Origin: Variovorax sp.
Lineage (GTDB): Bacteria; Pseudomonadota; Gammaproteobacteria; Burkholderiales; Burkholderiaceae_C
DNA length: 64,000 nucleotides
Direction: 5' to 3'
Assembly: GCA_035250605.1 (NCBI GenBank)
Contig: DATFFA010000097.1
Coordinates: 6,546-70,545 of the forward strand
Part shown: positions 1 through 11,495 of the stretch, piece after piece
Numbering within the stretch: position 1 is the first letter of the stretch
Layout: each line of letters begins with the position of its first letter
Notes under the pieces: model-generated
What the model was told of the DNA's origin: nothing
Seen by the model: only the letters and a program-made list of their open reading frames with translations
Database searches by the model: none
Position numbers and translations under genes: made by a program

Positions 1-713
1 GCCACGGTCTTGCGGTCTGCCAGCTCCTTGAAGACCGGCGTCTCGTGCAGGAAGCGGCGCAGGTACACCGAGACGAGGCCGAACACCCCGCCCAGCACGA
101 AGGGAATGCGCCACGCAAAGCCGCTCACCTCCGCCGGCGAATAGTGGCGGTTGATGGCCACGGCCACCAGCGAGCCCAGCAGGATGCCGCCCGTGATGCC
201 CGAAGTCAGCGCGCCGATGCCGAAGCCGTAGCGCTGCGCCGGCACGTGTTCGCCGATGAACACCCAGGCGCCAGGCATCTCGCCGCCGATGGCCGCGCCC
301 TGCAGCACGCGCATCGCCAGCAGCAACAAGGGCGCGGCGATGCCGATGCTCGCGTAGGTGGGCAACAGGCCGATGACCAGCGTGGGCGCTGCCATCAGGA
401 AGATCGACAGCGTGAACATGCGCTTGCGGCCGAGCAGGTCGCCGAAATGCGCGATGACGATGCCGCCCACCGGGCGGGCCAGGTAGCCGGCGGCGAAGAT
501 GCCGAAAGTCTGGAGCTGCCGCAGCCAGTCGGGCATGTCGGCGGGAAAGAAAAGCGCGCCCAGCACGGTGGCGAAGAACACGTAGATGACGAAGTCGTAG
601 AACTCCAGCGTTCCGCCGAGCGCGGACAGGGCCAGGGTCTTGTAGTCGCGCGCGCCGAGCGTGCGTGCCGGCACCGGCTGCGTGCCGTCCGGGGAGATTG
701 CGTGAGAAGTCAT
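1..713 (-). CDS. MFS metabolite:H+ symporter (ProP/MHS family), 3' end outside window
   Basis: Not in ORF track. Manual translation from ATG at 713 gives MTSHAISPDG...DYKTLALSALGGTLEFYDFVIYVFF...LARPVGGIVIAHFGDLLGRKR, with the MHS 'EFYDF' motif and MFS motif A. Confidence 0.85.
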   Translation of the reverse strand, partial: MTSHAISPDGTQPVPARTLGARDYKTLALSALGGTLEFYDFVIYVFFATVLGALFFPADMPDWLRQLQTFGIFAAGYLARPVGGIVIAHFGDLLGRKRMFTLSIFLMAAPTLVIGLLPTYASIGIAAPLLLLAMRVLQGAAIGGEMPGAWVFIGEHVPAQRYGFGIGALTSGITGGILLGSLVAVAINRHYSPAEVSGFAWRIPFVLGGVFGLVSVYLRRFLHETPVFKELADRKTV

Positions 714-1000
714 GGCGGGCAGGAAGGTCGTTGCCGCGCGCCGGGCCGCCGAGGGATGGGAAGCGGAAAATCGGCGCGCCGGCGAAACGCCTGGCCGCGT
801 CCACCGGATGGGCGGCGCGGAAGGCCGGAGCTCGGAGCCGTGTGGGCTCGCTGCGCGATGCTAAGGGTTATCCCTTATTGGCGTACGAGACCTTTGTCAT
901 TCTCGACCGCACCGCGCGGTTTCTGGTGGATGGGGGTTGAGGGACAATGGACCCGTTGGCGCCGCGTGGACGGCGTGTTCCCCGTTATATCCAAAGCTTC

Positions 1001-2161
<1,161 letters not shown>

Positions 2162-2165
2162 CCGG

Positions 2166-2984
2166 TCAGGAAGACGCGGAGGAATCCGCGCTTTCTTCTT
2201 CCTTCTCTTCGGATGATTTCTTGCCGCCGGCGAAATAGCGGGCGCCGATGATGCCCACCTCGTAGAGCAGGCACATCGGCACCGCCAGCGCGAGCTGCGA
2301 CACCACGTCCGGCGGCGTGAGCACCGCGGCGATCACGAAGGCCACCACGATGAAGTAGCCGCGGAACGAGCGCAGCTTCTCGATGGTCACCATCTCGAAG
2401 CGCACCAGCAGCATCACGACGATGGGCACCTGGAAGGCGACGCCGAACGCGATGTAGAGCGAGAGGATGGCTTCGACATACGAGGAGATGTCGGGCGTGG
2501 CCGCCACCGCGGCCGGCGTGAACTTCTGGATGAAGCTGAACATCTTGTCCAGCACGAAGAACTGCACGAAGGCGATGCCGCCGTAGGCCAGCAGGCTGCC
2601 GAAGAAGATCAGCGGCAGCGCAAAGCGCTTTTCATGGCTGTAGAGCCCCGGCGCAATGAACATCCAGGCCTGGTACATGAGCCAGGGCAGCGCCAGCAGC
2701 ACCGCCGTCATCATGAGCACCTTGAGCGGCACGAAGAACGGCGAGAACACGCCAATGGCAATGAGCTTGGCGTCCGGCGGCATGTGCGCGCGGATCGGCA
2801 TCGCGATCAGGTCGATCAACCCGCCCGGGCCGGGCCAGATGGCCAGCAGGATGCCCGCGACCGCCAGGCCATAGACGCAATAGAGCAGCCGGTCGCGCAG
2901 CTCGACCAGATGTTGCACGAACGGTTGTTCGGTGCCCGCCAGCTCGTCTTCTGCGTCTTTGTTCTTGTTGTCGGAATCGGCCAT
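2166..2984 (-). CDS. tatC: Twin-arginine translocase TatC
   Basis: HLVELRDRL, APGLYSHEKR and TPPDVVSQ motifs; follows tatA and tatB. Confidence 0.95.
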   Translation of the reverse strand: MADSDNKNKDAEDELAGTEQPFVQHLVELRDRLLYCVYGLAVAGILLAIWPGPGGLIDLIAMPIRAHMPPDAKLIAIGVFSPFFVPLKVLMMTAVLLALPWLMYQAWMFIAPGLYSHEKRFALPLIFFGSLLAYGGIAFVQFFVLDKMFSFIQKFTPAAVAATPDISSYVEAILSLYIAFGVAFQVPIVVMLLVRFEMVTIEKLRSFRGYFIVVAFVIAAVLTPPDVVSQLALAVPMCLLYEVGIIGARYFAGGKKSSEEKEEESADSSASS

Positions 2985-3062
2985 TGGAAGGAGAAAAAGC
3001 AGGAGAAAAGCGTGGCTTCGGCCGGCGTGCGGCGCACGAGGAACGCGCTGGTGGGAATGCCG

Positions 3063-3521
3063 CTAGTTGATCTTGTGGGGACGGAAGCGGGCGACGCGCG
3101 CGGCACCCGAAAGCGCCTTGGTGCGCACACCGTTGCGCGCCTTGTACCACTGCGGCGTGGCGCCCTGCTTCAGGCGCCAGTTCTTGCGGGGGTGCCTGTA
3201 TTCCGGCACCGCGGGCTCGGGTTCGGCCAGCGCCGAAAGCGTCTCGCCCGAGCCGGAGAACTGCTTCTCGAGTTCGCTTGCGCCGCTGTGGATGCTCTGC
3301 TCGACGTCCCGCGCGGCATCTTCCACCGTGCCCTTCATCTTGCGCAGTTCGTCCAGCTCCATCGAGCGGTTGACTTCAGCCTTGACGTCATTCACGTAGC
3401 GCTGCGCCTTGCCCAGCAGGGTGCCGACGGTGCGCGCCACCCGGGGCAGCTTTTCCGGCCCGATGACGATCAGAGCCACGACGCCGATGAGCGCCAGCTT
3501 CTCAATGCCGAGGTCGAGCAC
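3063..3521 (-). CDS. tatB: TatB
   Basis: [24 protein letters not shown]; GTG start. Confidence 0.93.
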   Translation of the reverse strand: MLDLGIEKLALIGVVALIVIGPEKLPRVARTVGTLLGKAQRYVNDVKAEVNRSMELDELRKMKGTVEDAARDVEQSIHSGASELEKQFSGSGETLSALAEPEPAVPEYRHPRKNWRLKQGATPQWYKARNGVRTKALSGAARVARFRPHKIN

Positions 3522-3534
3522 TTATGACCCGCGC

Positions 3535-3789
3535 TCAGGACTTCTGACGCGCTTCGACGTCGATCGTGGACTTGTCGCTGTTGGCCGGCTGGCCGGTCAC
3601 CTGCGCTGCAGGGGCCGACGAAGCGGCGGGTGCATCGGCGGTGGTGGTGGTGCCGTCCTTCATGCCGTCCTTGAAGCCCTTGACGGCGCCACCAAGGTCG
3701 GAACCCATGTTCCGCAGCTTCTTGGTGCCGAAGATCATGACCACGACGAGCAGCACGATCAGCCAGTGCCAGATAGAAAAAGAACCCAT
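3535..3789 (-). CDS. tatA: TatA
   Basis: [25 protein letters not shown]; AGGAG SD and TAAAAT -10 upstream. Confidence 0.95.
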   Translation of the reverse strand: MGSFSIWHWLIVLLVVVMIFGTKKLRNMGSDLGGAVKGFKDGMKDGTTTTADAPAASSAPAAQVTGQPANSDKSTIDVEARQKS

Positions 3790-3854
3790 GGAAGACTCCT
3801 AAGAATGTGTCCGATTTTAGTCGGCCTGAATGTGACAGTTCGGATTAATGGGAT

Positions 3855-4214
3855 TCAGCCGCGCAGCCACGGACGGGGGCCGCCCATGACGTGCACATGG
3901 AGATGGTGAACCTCCTGCCCGCCCTCGGCGCCGGTGTTGACGACGACCCGGTAGCCGCCCTCCGGATAGGGCCTGCAGCCCTGCTCCAGCGCGAGCTTGG
4001 GTGCCAGCGTCATGATCCGGCCCATCAGCGCGGCGTCGTCGGGGGTGAGTTGCGCCATCGAGGCGATGTGCCGCTTGGGCACCAGCATGAAATGCACCGG
4101 CGCCCAGGGCGCGATGTCGTGAAAGCCGAACAGTTCGTCGTCCTCGTAGACCTTGCGCGAAGGAATCTTGCCTTCGATGATTTTGCAGAAGACGCAGTTC
4201 GGATCAGATGACAT
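3855..4214 (-). CDS. hinT: HIT family nucleotide-binding protein
   Basis: CVFCKII N-terminus and HHLHVHV histidine triad. Confidence 0.9.
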   Translation of the reverse strand: MSSDPNCVFCKIIEGKIPSRKVYEDDELFGFHDIAPWAPVHFMLVPKRHIASMAQLTPDDAALMGRIMTLAPKLALEQGCRPYPEGGYRVVVNTGAEGGQEVHHLHVHVMGGPRPWLRG

Positions 4215-4593
4215 CTTGGGGTTCCATGGGACGGCTGCCGTTCATGCGGATCATGCCCTTCACGATCCGGTAGAGAAACCACAGCGAAATGAGGCTCCAG
4301 GCGATCCAGCCCGGCACGAGAAAGAGCAGCCAGAGCCACGAGGTCAGGATGTACAGCAGGCCCGCCCACAGCACCGAGCGGATGCGCCAGCTGAAATGCG
4401 TGGCCTGCCAGGTGCCGGCCGCGTCGTCGCGCTTGATGAAATCGATCAAGAGCGCCAGCAGCAGCAGCGCCACCGAGGCCTGCGCCCCCGGCAGGACGGC
4501 GCCAATGGCCACGATCAGGTGCAGGATATAGCTGATCCAGCCCCAGGTCTTGAGCGAGTCGTCGGGTTCCACATTCACGATGTCGTTGGCCAT
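4204..4593 (-). CDS. Small membrane protein (DUF4870-like)
   Basis: 129 aa, about three TM segments, 'THFSWRIRS' motif; lies between hisE and HIT. Confidence 0.7.
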   Translation of the reverse strand: MANDIVNVEPDDSLKTWGWISYILHLIVAIGAVLPGAQASVALLLLALLIDFIKRDDAAGTWQATHFSWRIRSVLWAGLLYILTSWLWLLFLVPGWIAWSLISLWFLYRIVKGMIRMNGSRPMEPQDVI

Positions 4594-4604
4594 GGGACGT
4601 CCTT

Positions 4605-4985
4605 TCAATCGTTGGATGCCTCGCGGGCCTGCGCCTTGCGCAAGGCTTTTTCCTCGATGCCGCTGGTGCCCTCGCGGCGCTCGAGTTCCGCAATCACCTC
4701 GCCGGGCGAGAAACCGTAGTGCGCCAGCGCCACCATGGTGTGGAACCACAGGTCGGCCACTTCGTTCACTATTTTCGTGCGGTCGCCGCCATGGTCGGCA
4801 TCCTTGGCGGCCATGACCACCTCGGTGGCTTCCTCGCCGATCTTCTTGAGGAAGGCATCGGGGCCCTTGTGCAGCAGGCGCGCCACGTAGCTCTTGTCGG
4901 GGTCGCCGCCGCGCGCGGGCAGGCGGCTTTCAATGACCGCGGCCAGGCGTGCGAGGGCGTCCGAGGTATTCACTGTGGCCGTCAT
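4605..4985 (-). CDS. hisE: Phosphoribosyl-ATP pyrophosphatase
   Basis: [15 protein letters not shown] and EVADLWFH motifs. Confidence 0.95.
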   Translation of the reverse strand: MTATVNTSDALARLAAVIESRLPARGGDPDKSYVARLLHKGPDAFLKKIGEEATEVVMAAKDADHGGDRTKIVNEVADLWFHTMVALAHYGFSPGEVIAELERREGTSGIEEKALRKAQAREASND

Positions 4986-5371
4986 TTGTAGATCGACTCC
5001 GGGTCTTTCAAGACCGGCTCGACCACGGTCCATTGGCCGTTCTCGTACTTGCTGAAGAAGCAGCTGTGGCGGCCGGTGTGGCAGGCAATGCCGGGCTCGT
5101 GGCCGAGCTGGGTGACCTTGAGCAGCACGACGTCGTTGTCGCAATCGAGGCGGATCTCGTGCACGGTCTGCACGTGGCCCGATTCCTCGCCCTTGAACCA
5201 GAGCTTGCTGCGCGAGCGGCTGAAGTACACCGCGCGGCCGAGCTCGGCGGTCTTCTGGAGCGCCTCGCGGTTCATCCAGGCGAACATCAGCACGTCGTTG
5301 CTGCCCTGTTCCTGCGCGATCACGGGCACCAGCCCGTTCGCGTCCCATTTCACTTCGTCAAGCCAATTCAT
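4982..5371 (-). CDS. hisI: Phosphoribosyl-AMP cyclohydrolase
   Basis: [18 protein letters not shown] and [10 protein letters not shown] motifs. Confidence 0.95.
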   Translation of the reverse strand: MNWLDEVKWDANGLVPVIAQEQGSNDVLMFAWMNREALQKTAELGRAVYFSRSRSKLWFKGEESGHVQTVHEIRLDCDNDVVLLKVTQLGHEPGIACHTGRHSCFFSKYENGQWTVVEPVLKDPESIYK

Positions 5372-5410
5372 GGCAGGTATTGTCCCACCCCGGAGCGGCC
5401 CTGAAACGGA

Positions 5411-6190
5411 TCAGGTCCGAACGGGAATGCCCCGCGCGGCCATGCGGGCTTTCGCCTCGCCGACCGTGTGCTCGCCGTAGTGGAAGATGCTGGCGGCCAG
5501 CACCGCGTCGGCGCCGCCGGTCTGGATGCCGTCGGCCAGGTCGTCGAGGCTGCCCACGCCGCCCGAGGCGATCACCGGCACGTTGACGGCGTCGCTGACG
5601 GCGCGGGTGAGTTCGAGGTCGAAGCCGCTCTTGGTGCCGTCGCGGTCCATGCTCGTGAGCAGGATTTCGCCGGCGCCGCGGCGCACCATCTCGGTCGCCC
5701 ATTCGACGGCGTCCAGGCCGGTGTTCTTGCGGCCGCCATGGCTGTACACGTCCCAGCCCGCGCCGCGCGTGGCGGCTTCTTCGGGGCTGCGGCGCTTGGC
5801 GTCGATGGCCACGACGATGCATTGCGAGCCGTACTTCTGCGAGGCGTCGTTGATCACCTGCGGATCGGCAATGGCCGCCGAATTGAAGCTGGTCTTGTCG
5901 GCGCCCGCATTGAGCAGCCGGCGCACGTCGGCCACGGTGCGCACGCCGCCGCCCACCGTCAATGGAATGAAGACCTGCGAGGCCACCGCCTCGATGATCG
6001 GCAGGATCAGGTCGCGGCCGTCGCTGGTGGCCGTGATGTCCAGGAAAGTGAGCTCGTCGGCGCCCTGCGCGTTGTAGCGCGCCGCAATCTCGACCGGATC
6101 GCCGGCATCGCGCAGCTCGAGAAAGTTGACGCCCTTGACCACGCGGCCGCCGGTGACGTCGAGACAGGGAATGATGCGTTTTGCGAGCAT
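5411..6190 (-). CDS. hisF: Imidazole glycerol phosphate synthase cyclase subunit
   Basis: [12 protein letters not shown]...VVKGVNF; [12 protein letters not shown]. Confidence 0.97.
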   Translation of the reverse strand: MLAKRIIPCLDVTGGRVVKGVNFLELRDAGDPVEIAARYNAQGADELTFLDITATSDGRDLILPIIEAVASQVFIPLTVGGGVRTVADVRRLLNAGADKTSFNSAAIADPQVINDASQKYGSQCIVVAIDAKRRSPEEAATRGAGWDVYSHGGRKNTGLDAVEWATEMVRRGAGEILLTSMDRDGTKSGFDLELTRAVSDAVNVPVIASGGVGSLDDLADGIQTGGADAVLAASIFHYGEHTVGEAKARMAARGIPVRT

Positions 6191-6211
6191 GGTCGGTCGT
6201 AAGGGAAGAAA

Positions 6212-7048
6212 TCAGAGAACGCGAAGCTGCTGCCAGCCCTGCCATTGGGCGCCGGGCGCGAGCAGTACCTGCTCGTCGATGCGCGCAGCTTCGACGCACA
6301 GCATGTGCCGGTAGCCATCTTCGGGCATGTCGGCGAGTTTCGCACCAAGCACGGCACCGGGGTTCCAGACCACGGTTTCGCTGCAGCTGGCGCTTTGCGC
6401 AATTTCCAGCGTGCCGCCGGGCTGCACCAGGCGCAGCGGCTTCGCGGGAGCGGCGTAGACGCTGTCGAATTCGGCATCGAAATGCAGCGCCACGGCCGTT
6501 TCCACGTGGCGGTCGTCGCGCAGCGAATCCCAGCGGTTGGCACCCTGCAGGCCTTCGAGGCGCACCTGCGCAATATCGTCGACGCGCAAGTAGGTGTGCA
6601 GGGCCGCAGCAAAGCTGAACGGGCCATGGCCGATATTGAGCAGCGTCAGCGTGGTGCGCAGCCGGCCCGCGGCCATGCCGATCTGCAGGCGCGCCTCGAA
6701 AGCGTGCGGCCAGAGCTTGCGCGTGGCCTCGCTGTCGCGCAGCCGCAGGGTCAGTTCGCCCGACGTGGCGTCGATACCTCTGTTTTCCCAAGGCAGATTG
6801 CGCATGAATCCATGCTTGGGCAACATGCCGCGCTGGTTGAATTGAGGGCAGCAGATGGGCACGCCGCCGCGGATTGCGGCCACCCCATCGAACACCGCGC
6901 GTGGGCTCAGGTAGAGCCGCTCGACACCACCCGCCGTGGTCCACGAAAGCAGCTGCGCCCCATGTAGAGACACGGTGAAAGCACCCCCGTCGGTACTGGT
7001 GGCGCGAAGCGCCGGCTGGCCGCGAAACTCGATCGGATGGATGTCCAT
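6212..7048 (-). CDS. D-hexose-6-phosphate mutarotase (YeaD / aldose 1-epimerase family)
   Basis: HGAQLLSW, IRGGVPICCPQF, HGFMR, ALHTY, VWNPG and MLCVEA motifs. Confidence 0.88.
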   Translation of the reverse strand: MDIHPIEFRGQPALRATSTDGGAFTVSLHGAQLLSWTTAGGVERLYLSPRAVFDGVAAIRGGVPICCPQFNQRGMLPKHGFMRNLPWENRGIDATSGELTLRLRDSEATRKLWPHAFEARLQIGMAAGRLRTTLTLLNIGHGPFSFAAALHTYLRVDDIAQVRLEGLQGANRWDSLRDDRHVETAVALHFDAEFDSVYAAPAKPLRLVQPGGTLEIAQSASCSETVVWNPGAVLGAKLADMPEDGYRHMLCVEAARIDEQVLLAPGAQWQGWQQLRVL

Positions 7049-7242
7049 GGAGGAATTGTAGGCAGCGGAAAATCCCGCGCGCAAAACCGGCAATGGACAC
7101 TTAAGACTTCATCGAAGCCGTGGTGCTGGTGGTTGCACCGAGGGGGCTTTCTTGGATAACCTTTTGCCGCCGCACAAAAGCACAGCCGCCGGCAGGTCCG
7201 CGCGCACCCCAAAACCATACCTACATATCGAAGAGAAAACGC

Positions 7243-8550
7243 ATGAAGAGAAAACTGCCGGCCGCCGCCTGGATCCTGATCGCCATGGTGGTCGGCATTC
7301 TTGTCGGCTACATGATCTTCACGAGCTTTCCCGACAAGAAGGCAGCGGCGCAGATCGCAGGCTACGTGTCGATCGTGTCGGACGTATTTCTGCGCCTCAT
7401 CAAGATGCTGATCGGGCCGCTGGTGTTCTCCACGCTGGTGGTGGGCATTGCGCACATGGGCGACGCCAAGTCGGTGGGCCGCGTGTTCGGCAAGTCGCTC
7501 GGATGGTTCTTTACCGCTTCGCTCGTTTCGCTGCTCATCGGCCTGGTGATGGCCAACCTTCTGAAGCCCGGCGAGAACCTGGGACTGCCGCTGCCGGACA
7601 TCGGCGCTTCGGCCAACCTGGCCACCGCGAAGTTCACCCTCAAGGACTTCGTGAGCCACCTGGTTCCAAAGTCTTTCGCCGAGGCCATGGCCAACAACGA
7701 GATCCTGCAGATCGTGGTGTTCTCGATGTTCTTCGGCGTGGCGCTCGCTTCGCTCGGCGACAAGGCCAGGACGCTGGTGGCCGCCATCGACGAACTCTCG
7801 CACGCCATGCTCAAGATCACCGGCTACGTGATGAAGCTGGCGCCCCTTGCCGTCATGGCCGCCATGGCCGCCACCGTTGCGACGAACGGCCTGGGCATCC
7901 TGCTGAAGTTCGCGGTCTTCATGGGCGACTTCTACCTGGGCCTGTTCGTGCTGTGGGGCGTGCTGATTCTCGCGGGGGTGTCGTTCCTCGGACGCCGGGT
8001 GTTCAAGCTGATGGCACTCATCAAGGAAGCCTTCCTGCTTTCGTTCGCCACCGCCAGCTCGGAAGCGGCCTACCCGAAGATCCTGCAGGCGCTCGACCGT
8101 TTCGGCGTCAAGCGCAAGATCTCCAGCTTCGTGATGCCGATGGGCTATTCGTTCAACCTGGACGGCTCGATGATGTACTGCACCTTTGCCGTGCTGTTCA
8201 TCGCGCAGGCCTACAACATCCACATGCCGCTGAGCACGCAGATCACCATGCTGCTGATCCTGATGCTCACCTCCAAGGGCATGGCCGGCGTGCCGCGCGC
8301 TTCGCTGGTGGTGATTGCCGCCACGCTCAACCACTTCGACATTCCGGAAGCCGGCCTGCTGCTGATCCTGGGCGTCGACACCTTCCTGGACATGGGGCGC
8401 TCGGCCACCAACGCGGTGGGCAACTCCATTGCCACCGCCGTGGTCGCCAAGTGGGAAGGCGAGCTGCTCTCCGAAAGCGACGCGGCGGTGAACGCCAAGG
8501 CGCTGGACAAGGAGGCCGCCGCCACCCTCGCCCATCCGGTCCACGCGTGA
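7243..8550 (+). CDS. Dicarboxylate/amino acid:cation symporter (DAACS, GltP/DctA family)
   Basis: FLRLIKM, TASSEAAYP, GYSFNLDGS, SKGMAGVP and DMGRSATN motifs. Confidence 0.92.
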   Translation: MKRKLPAAAWILIAMVVGILVGYMIFTSFPDKKAAAQIAGYVSIVSDVFLRLIKMLIGPLVFSTLVVGIAHMGDAKSVGRVFGKSLGWFFTASLVSLLIGLVMANLLKPGENLGLPLPDIGASANLATAKFTLKDFVSHLVPKSFAEAMANNEILQIVVFSMFFGVALASLGDKARTLVAAIDELSHAMLKITGYVMKLAPLAVMAAMAATVATNGLGILLKFAVFMGDFYLGLFVLWGVLILAGVSFLGRRVFKLMALIKEAFLLSFATASSEAAYPKILQALDRFGVKRKISSFVMPMGYSFNLDGSMMYCTFAVLFIAQAYNIHMPLSTQITMLLILMLTSKGMAGVPRASLVVIAATLNHFDIPEAGLLLILGVDTFLDMGRSATNAVGNSIATAVVAKWEGELLSESDAAVNAKALDKEAAATLAHPVHA

Positions 8551-8558
8551 GGCTCGCC

Positions 8559-9476
8559 ATGAAGCCCAGGGCCACGCTGCCGGTTTTCATTGCCGGCCTG
8601 CTGGCGGCGGCCGCCCTTGCCGCGGGCGCCCCCGTGCAGGCGCAGGAAGCGCCTGCAACGCTGACCGGCACCCTTGCCAAGGTGCGCGAGAGCGGCGCCA
8701 TCGCCATCGGCTACCGCGAGTCGTCGGTGCCGTTTTCCTTTCTCAATGCACGCCAGGAACCCATCGGCTACTCCATCGAGCTTTGCCGCGAATTGGTCAC
8801 GGCCATTGAAGATGCGGTGAACAGGAGCCTCGCGATCAAGTGGGTGCCGGTGACCTCCGACTCGCGCATGGATGCGGTCGAGCGCGGCACGGTCGATCTC
8901 GAATGCGGCTCGACCACCAACAACCTCGAGCGGCAAAAGCGCGTGAGCTTCTCGCCCACGATCTTCGTCTCGGGCACCAAGGTGCTGGTGAAGAAGGGGT
9001 CGCCGATCAAGTCCTTCCGCGACCTGGCCGGCAAGCGGGTGGCCGTCACCGCGGGCACCACCAACGAGAAGACGCTGCGCGAGCTCTCGCAGAAGTTCAG
9101 GCTCGATATCGACCTGCGAGTGGCGCGCGACCACGCCGACTCCTTCGGGCTGGTGAAAAGCGGCCAGGCCGACGCCTTTGCCACCGACGACGTGCTGCTC
9201 TACGGCCTGATCGCGCGGGAAGCCGCCAAAACCCAGTACGAGGTGGTGGGCGACTACCTCTCCTATGACCCCTACGGCATCATGTACCGCAAGGGCGATA
9301 CGCAATTGGCCAAAGTGATCAACGACGCCTTCCAGGTGCTGGCGCAGGACGGCGAAATCGAGCGCCAGTACAAGCGCTGGTTCCTGCGCAAGCTGCCCAC
9401 CGGGGAAAGCATCGACCTGCCGATGAGCGCGCAGCTGCAAGCGATCATCCAGACCATGGCGGTGAAGGCGGAATAA
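8559..9476 (+). CDS. GltI-like amino acid substrate-binding protein (SBP_bac_3)
   Basis: Signal peptide; GYRESSVPFS, ECGSTTNN and AFATDD motifs. Confidence 0.88.
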   Translation: MKPRATLPVFIAGLLAAAALAAGAPVQAQEAPATLTGTLAKVRESGAIAIGYRESSVPFSFLNARQEPIGYSIELCRELVTAIEDAVNRSLAIKWVPVTSDSRMDAVERGTVDLECGSTTNNLERQKRVSFSPTIFVSGTKVLVKKGSPIKSFRDLAGKRVAVTAGTTNEKTLRELSQKFRLDIDLRVARDHADSFGLVKSGQADAFATDDVLLYGLIAREAAKTQYEVVGDYLSYDPYGIMYRKGDTQLAKVINDAFQVLAQDGEIERQYKRWFLRKLPTGESIDLPMSAQLQAIIQTMAVKAE

Positions 9477-9488
9477 CCGCGCCGGCGG

Positions 9489-10661
9489 TCAGCGCGCCGG
9501 CCACGCCCAATGCGGAATCTCGCTCATGTCGAGGTTGGCGATGCGGGTTTCGCCGAAGCGCTTCTCGAGCACCACCGATTGCAGATCGTTGCTGTCTTCG
9601 AGCGCGGCAATCAGCCGCGCGGCATGCGACACCACGATCACTTGCGACCCGCGCGCGGCCTGCGCGATCAGCCGGCCGAGCGCGGGCAGCAGGTCGGGAT
9701 GCAGGCTGGTCTCCGGCTCGTTGAGCACCAGGAGCGCCGGCGGCCGGGGCGTCAGCAGCGCGGCAATCCACAGCAGGTACCGCAGGGTGCCGTCCGAAAG
9801 CTCCGCCGCCGTCAGCGGTCGCAACAGCCCGTGCTGGTGCATCAGCGTTTCGAAGCGGTCTTCGTTCACCCGCACCTGGATGCGGGCGCCTGGAAACGCG
9901 TCGTCCACGGCGCGGTCGAGCGCCTCGCCGTCGCCGATCTCGCGGATGGTCTGCAGCGCGGCGGCCAGGTCGGCGCCATCGTTGGCAAGCACCGGCGTGT
10001 AGGTACCGAGCTGCGGCTGGCGCGCAGGCGCATCGGCGTCGGAGCGGAAATGGTCGTAGAAGCGCCAGGAGCGCATCTGCTCGCGCAGCGCGAGCATCTC
10101 GGGTGCGGCGTGGGGATCGGCGTACTCGGTCATCATGCTGGCGAAGGCAGGAATGGGCCGGCCGATGGCCAGCCAGCCCTTGCCCTCGCGAAGGCGCAGT
10201 GCCGCGCCCTTGCGGTCGACCAGCTGCGCCGCGGGGCGCAGCACGGGGCCGTGCCAGATGGCTTCGTGCTTGATCTCGGGGTCGCGTGAAAAGGCCGTCG
10301 CCGGAATCGGCGGCGGCAGGCCGATGTCGATGGCATAGCCGAACTCATCGGCCTCGGTGCCGGCGAAGCCCAGCTTCAACGCGACCGGCTCGCTGCGGGT
10401 GGTGCCCTGCACCGGCACATCGCCGCGCAGCATGGCGGCCGAGAAGCGCTCGGGCCCGGCCCACAGGGTGGAAGAGAGACCGCCCTCACGCACCAGCGAG
10501 CGGATCACGCCGCCGTTGGCAATGTCGGCCAGGAGCCGCATCGCGCGGTAGACGCTGGACTTGCCGCTGCCGTTGGGCCCGGTCACCACCGTGAGCCGCC
10601 CGAGCGGCACCGTCAGCTGGCGCAGCGAGCGGTAGTTGGCGATGGCAAGCGCGGAAAGCAC
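9489..10661 (-). CDS. Predicted ABC/SMC-like (AAA_21-type) ATPase
   Basis: NYRSL, Walker A GPNGSGKS, signature LSDGT, Walker B LNEPETSLHP, VVSH. Confidence 0.8.
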   Translation of the reverse strand: MLSALAIANYRSLRQLTVPLGRLTVVTGPNGSGKSSVYRAMRLLADIANGGVIRSLVREGGLSSTLWAGPERFSAAMLRGDVPVQGTTRSEPVALKLGFAGTEADEFGYAIDIGLPPPIPATAFSRDPEIKHEAIWHGPVLRPAAQLVDRKGAALRLREGKGWLAIGRPIPAFASMMTEYADPHAAPEMLALREQMRSWRFYDHFRSDADAPARQPQLGTYTPVLANDGADLAAALQTIREIGDGEALDRAVDDAFPGARIQVRVNEDRFETLMHQHGLLRPLTAAELSDGTLRYLLWIAALLTPRPPALLVLNEPETSLHPDLLPALGRLIAQAARGSQVIVVSHAARLIAALEDSNDLQSVVLEKRFGETRIANLDMSEIPHWAWPAR

Positions 10662-10687
10662 GCCGCGCTACAGAAGAGGAAAGCGCC

Positions 10688-11431
10688 TCAGGCGCCGGCG
10701 AGTTCGTCCGCGCGGGCCTGCGCGGCGGCGAAATCGAGGTCGCCCGAATAGATGGCCCGGCCGCAGATCACGCCTTCGACGCCTTCGGACTCGACCGCGC
10801 AGAGCTGGTCGATGTCGGCCATGTTCGACAGGCCGCCCGAGGCGATCACCGGAATGGTCAAGGCCTGCGCGAGCTTGACGGTGGCATCGATGTTGATGCC
10901 CGAGAGCATGCCGTCGCGGCCGATGTCGGTGTAGATGATCGATTCGACGCCGTAGTCCTCGAACTTCTTGCCCAGGTCGGCCACCTCGTGGCCCGTGAGC
11001 TTGCTCCAGCCGTCGGTGGCGACCTTGCCGTCCTTCGCGTCGAGCCCCACGATGATGTGGCCGCCGAAGGCCACGCAGGCGTCCTTCAGGAAGCCCGGGT
11101 TCTTGACCGCGGCGGTGCCGATGATCACGTAGCGCAGGCCGTCGTCGATGTAGCGCTCGATGGTGTCGAGGTCGCGGATGCCGCCGCCCAGTTGCACCGG
11201 AATGTCGTCGCCCACCTCGCGCAGGATCGCCTTGATGGCCGCGTGGTTCTGCGGCTTGCCGGCGAAGGCGCCATTCAGGTCGACCAGGTGCAGCCGCCGC
11301 GCGCCGGCCTCGACCCACTTGCGGGCCATGGCGGCGGGGTCTTCGCTGAAAATGGTGGACTGGTCCATGTCGCCCTGCTTGAGGCGAACGCAGTGGCCGT
11401 CTTTGAGATCAATGGCGGGAATGAGGAGCAT
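10688..11431 (-). CDS. hisA: ProFAR isomerase
   Basis: [17 protein letters not shown]; [11 protein letters not shown]. Confidence 0.97.
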
Positions 11432-11495
11432 GGAAGTGGGCGCGAGTGTGCGGAATCCGGGCTGAGGAAGGTTCGGCCCGGGCGGAAATATAAGG

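Noticed and set aside
733-750. GCGCCGGGCCGCC matching the start of the 18.7-kb element (similar at about 19759-19769)
   Set aside because: Short all-GC match with none of the other element motifs following; likely chance.
3803-3840. AATGTGTCC / AATGTGAC repeats upstream of tatA resembling the RAYT flank motif
   Set aside because: Too short, and explained by the tatA promoter region.
7152-9476. Apparent 774-aa ORF suggesting a symporter-SBP fusion or frameshift
   Set aside because: The N-terminal part is an off-frame read of the symporter. The SBP has its own ATG (8559) and signal peptide, and the symporter has a normal stop.
11456-11481. Hairpin between hisH and hisA
   Set aside because: Ordinary intercistronic stem-loop without a clear U-tract or a second copy.
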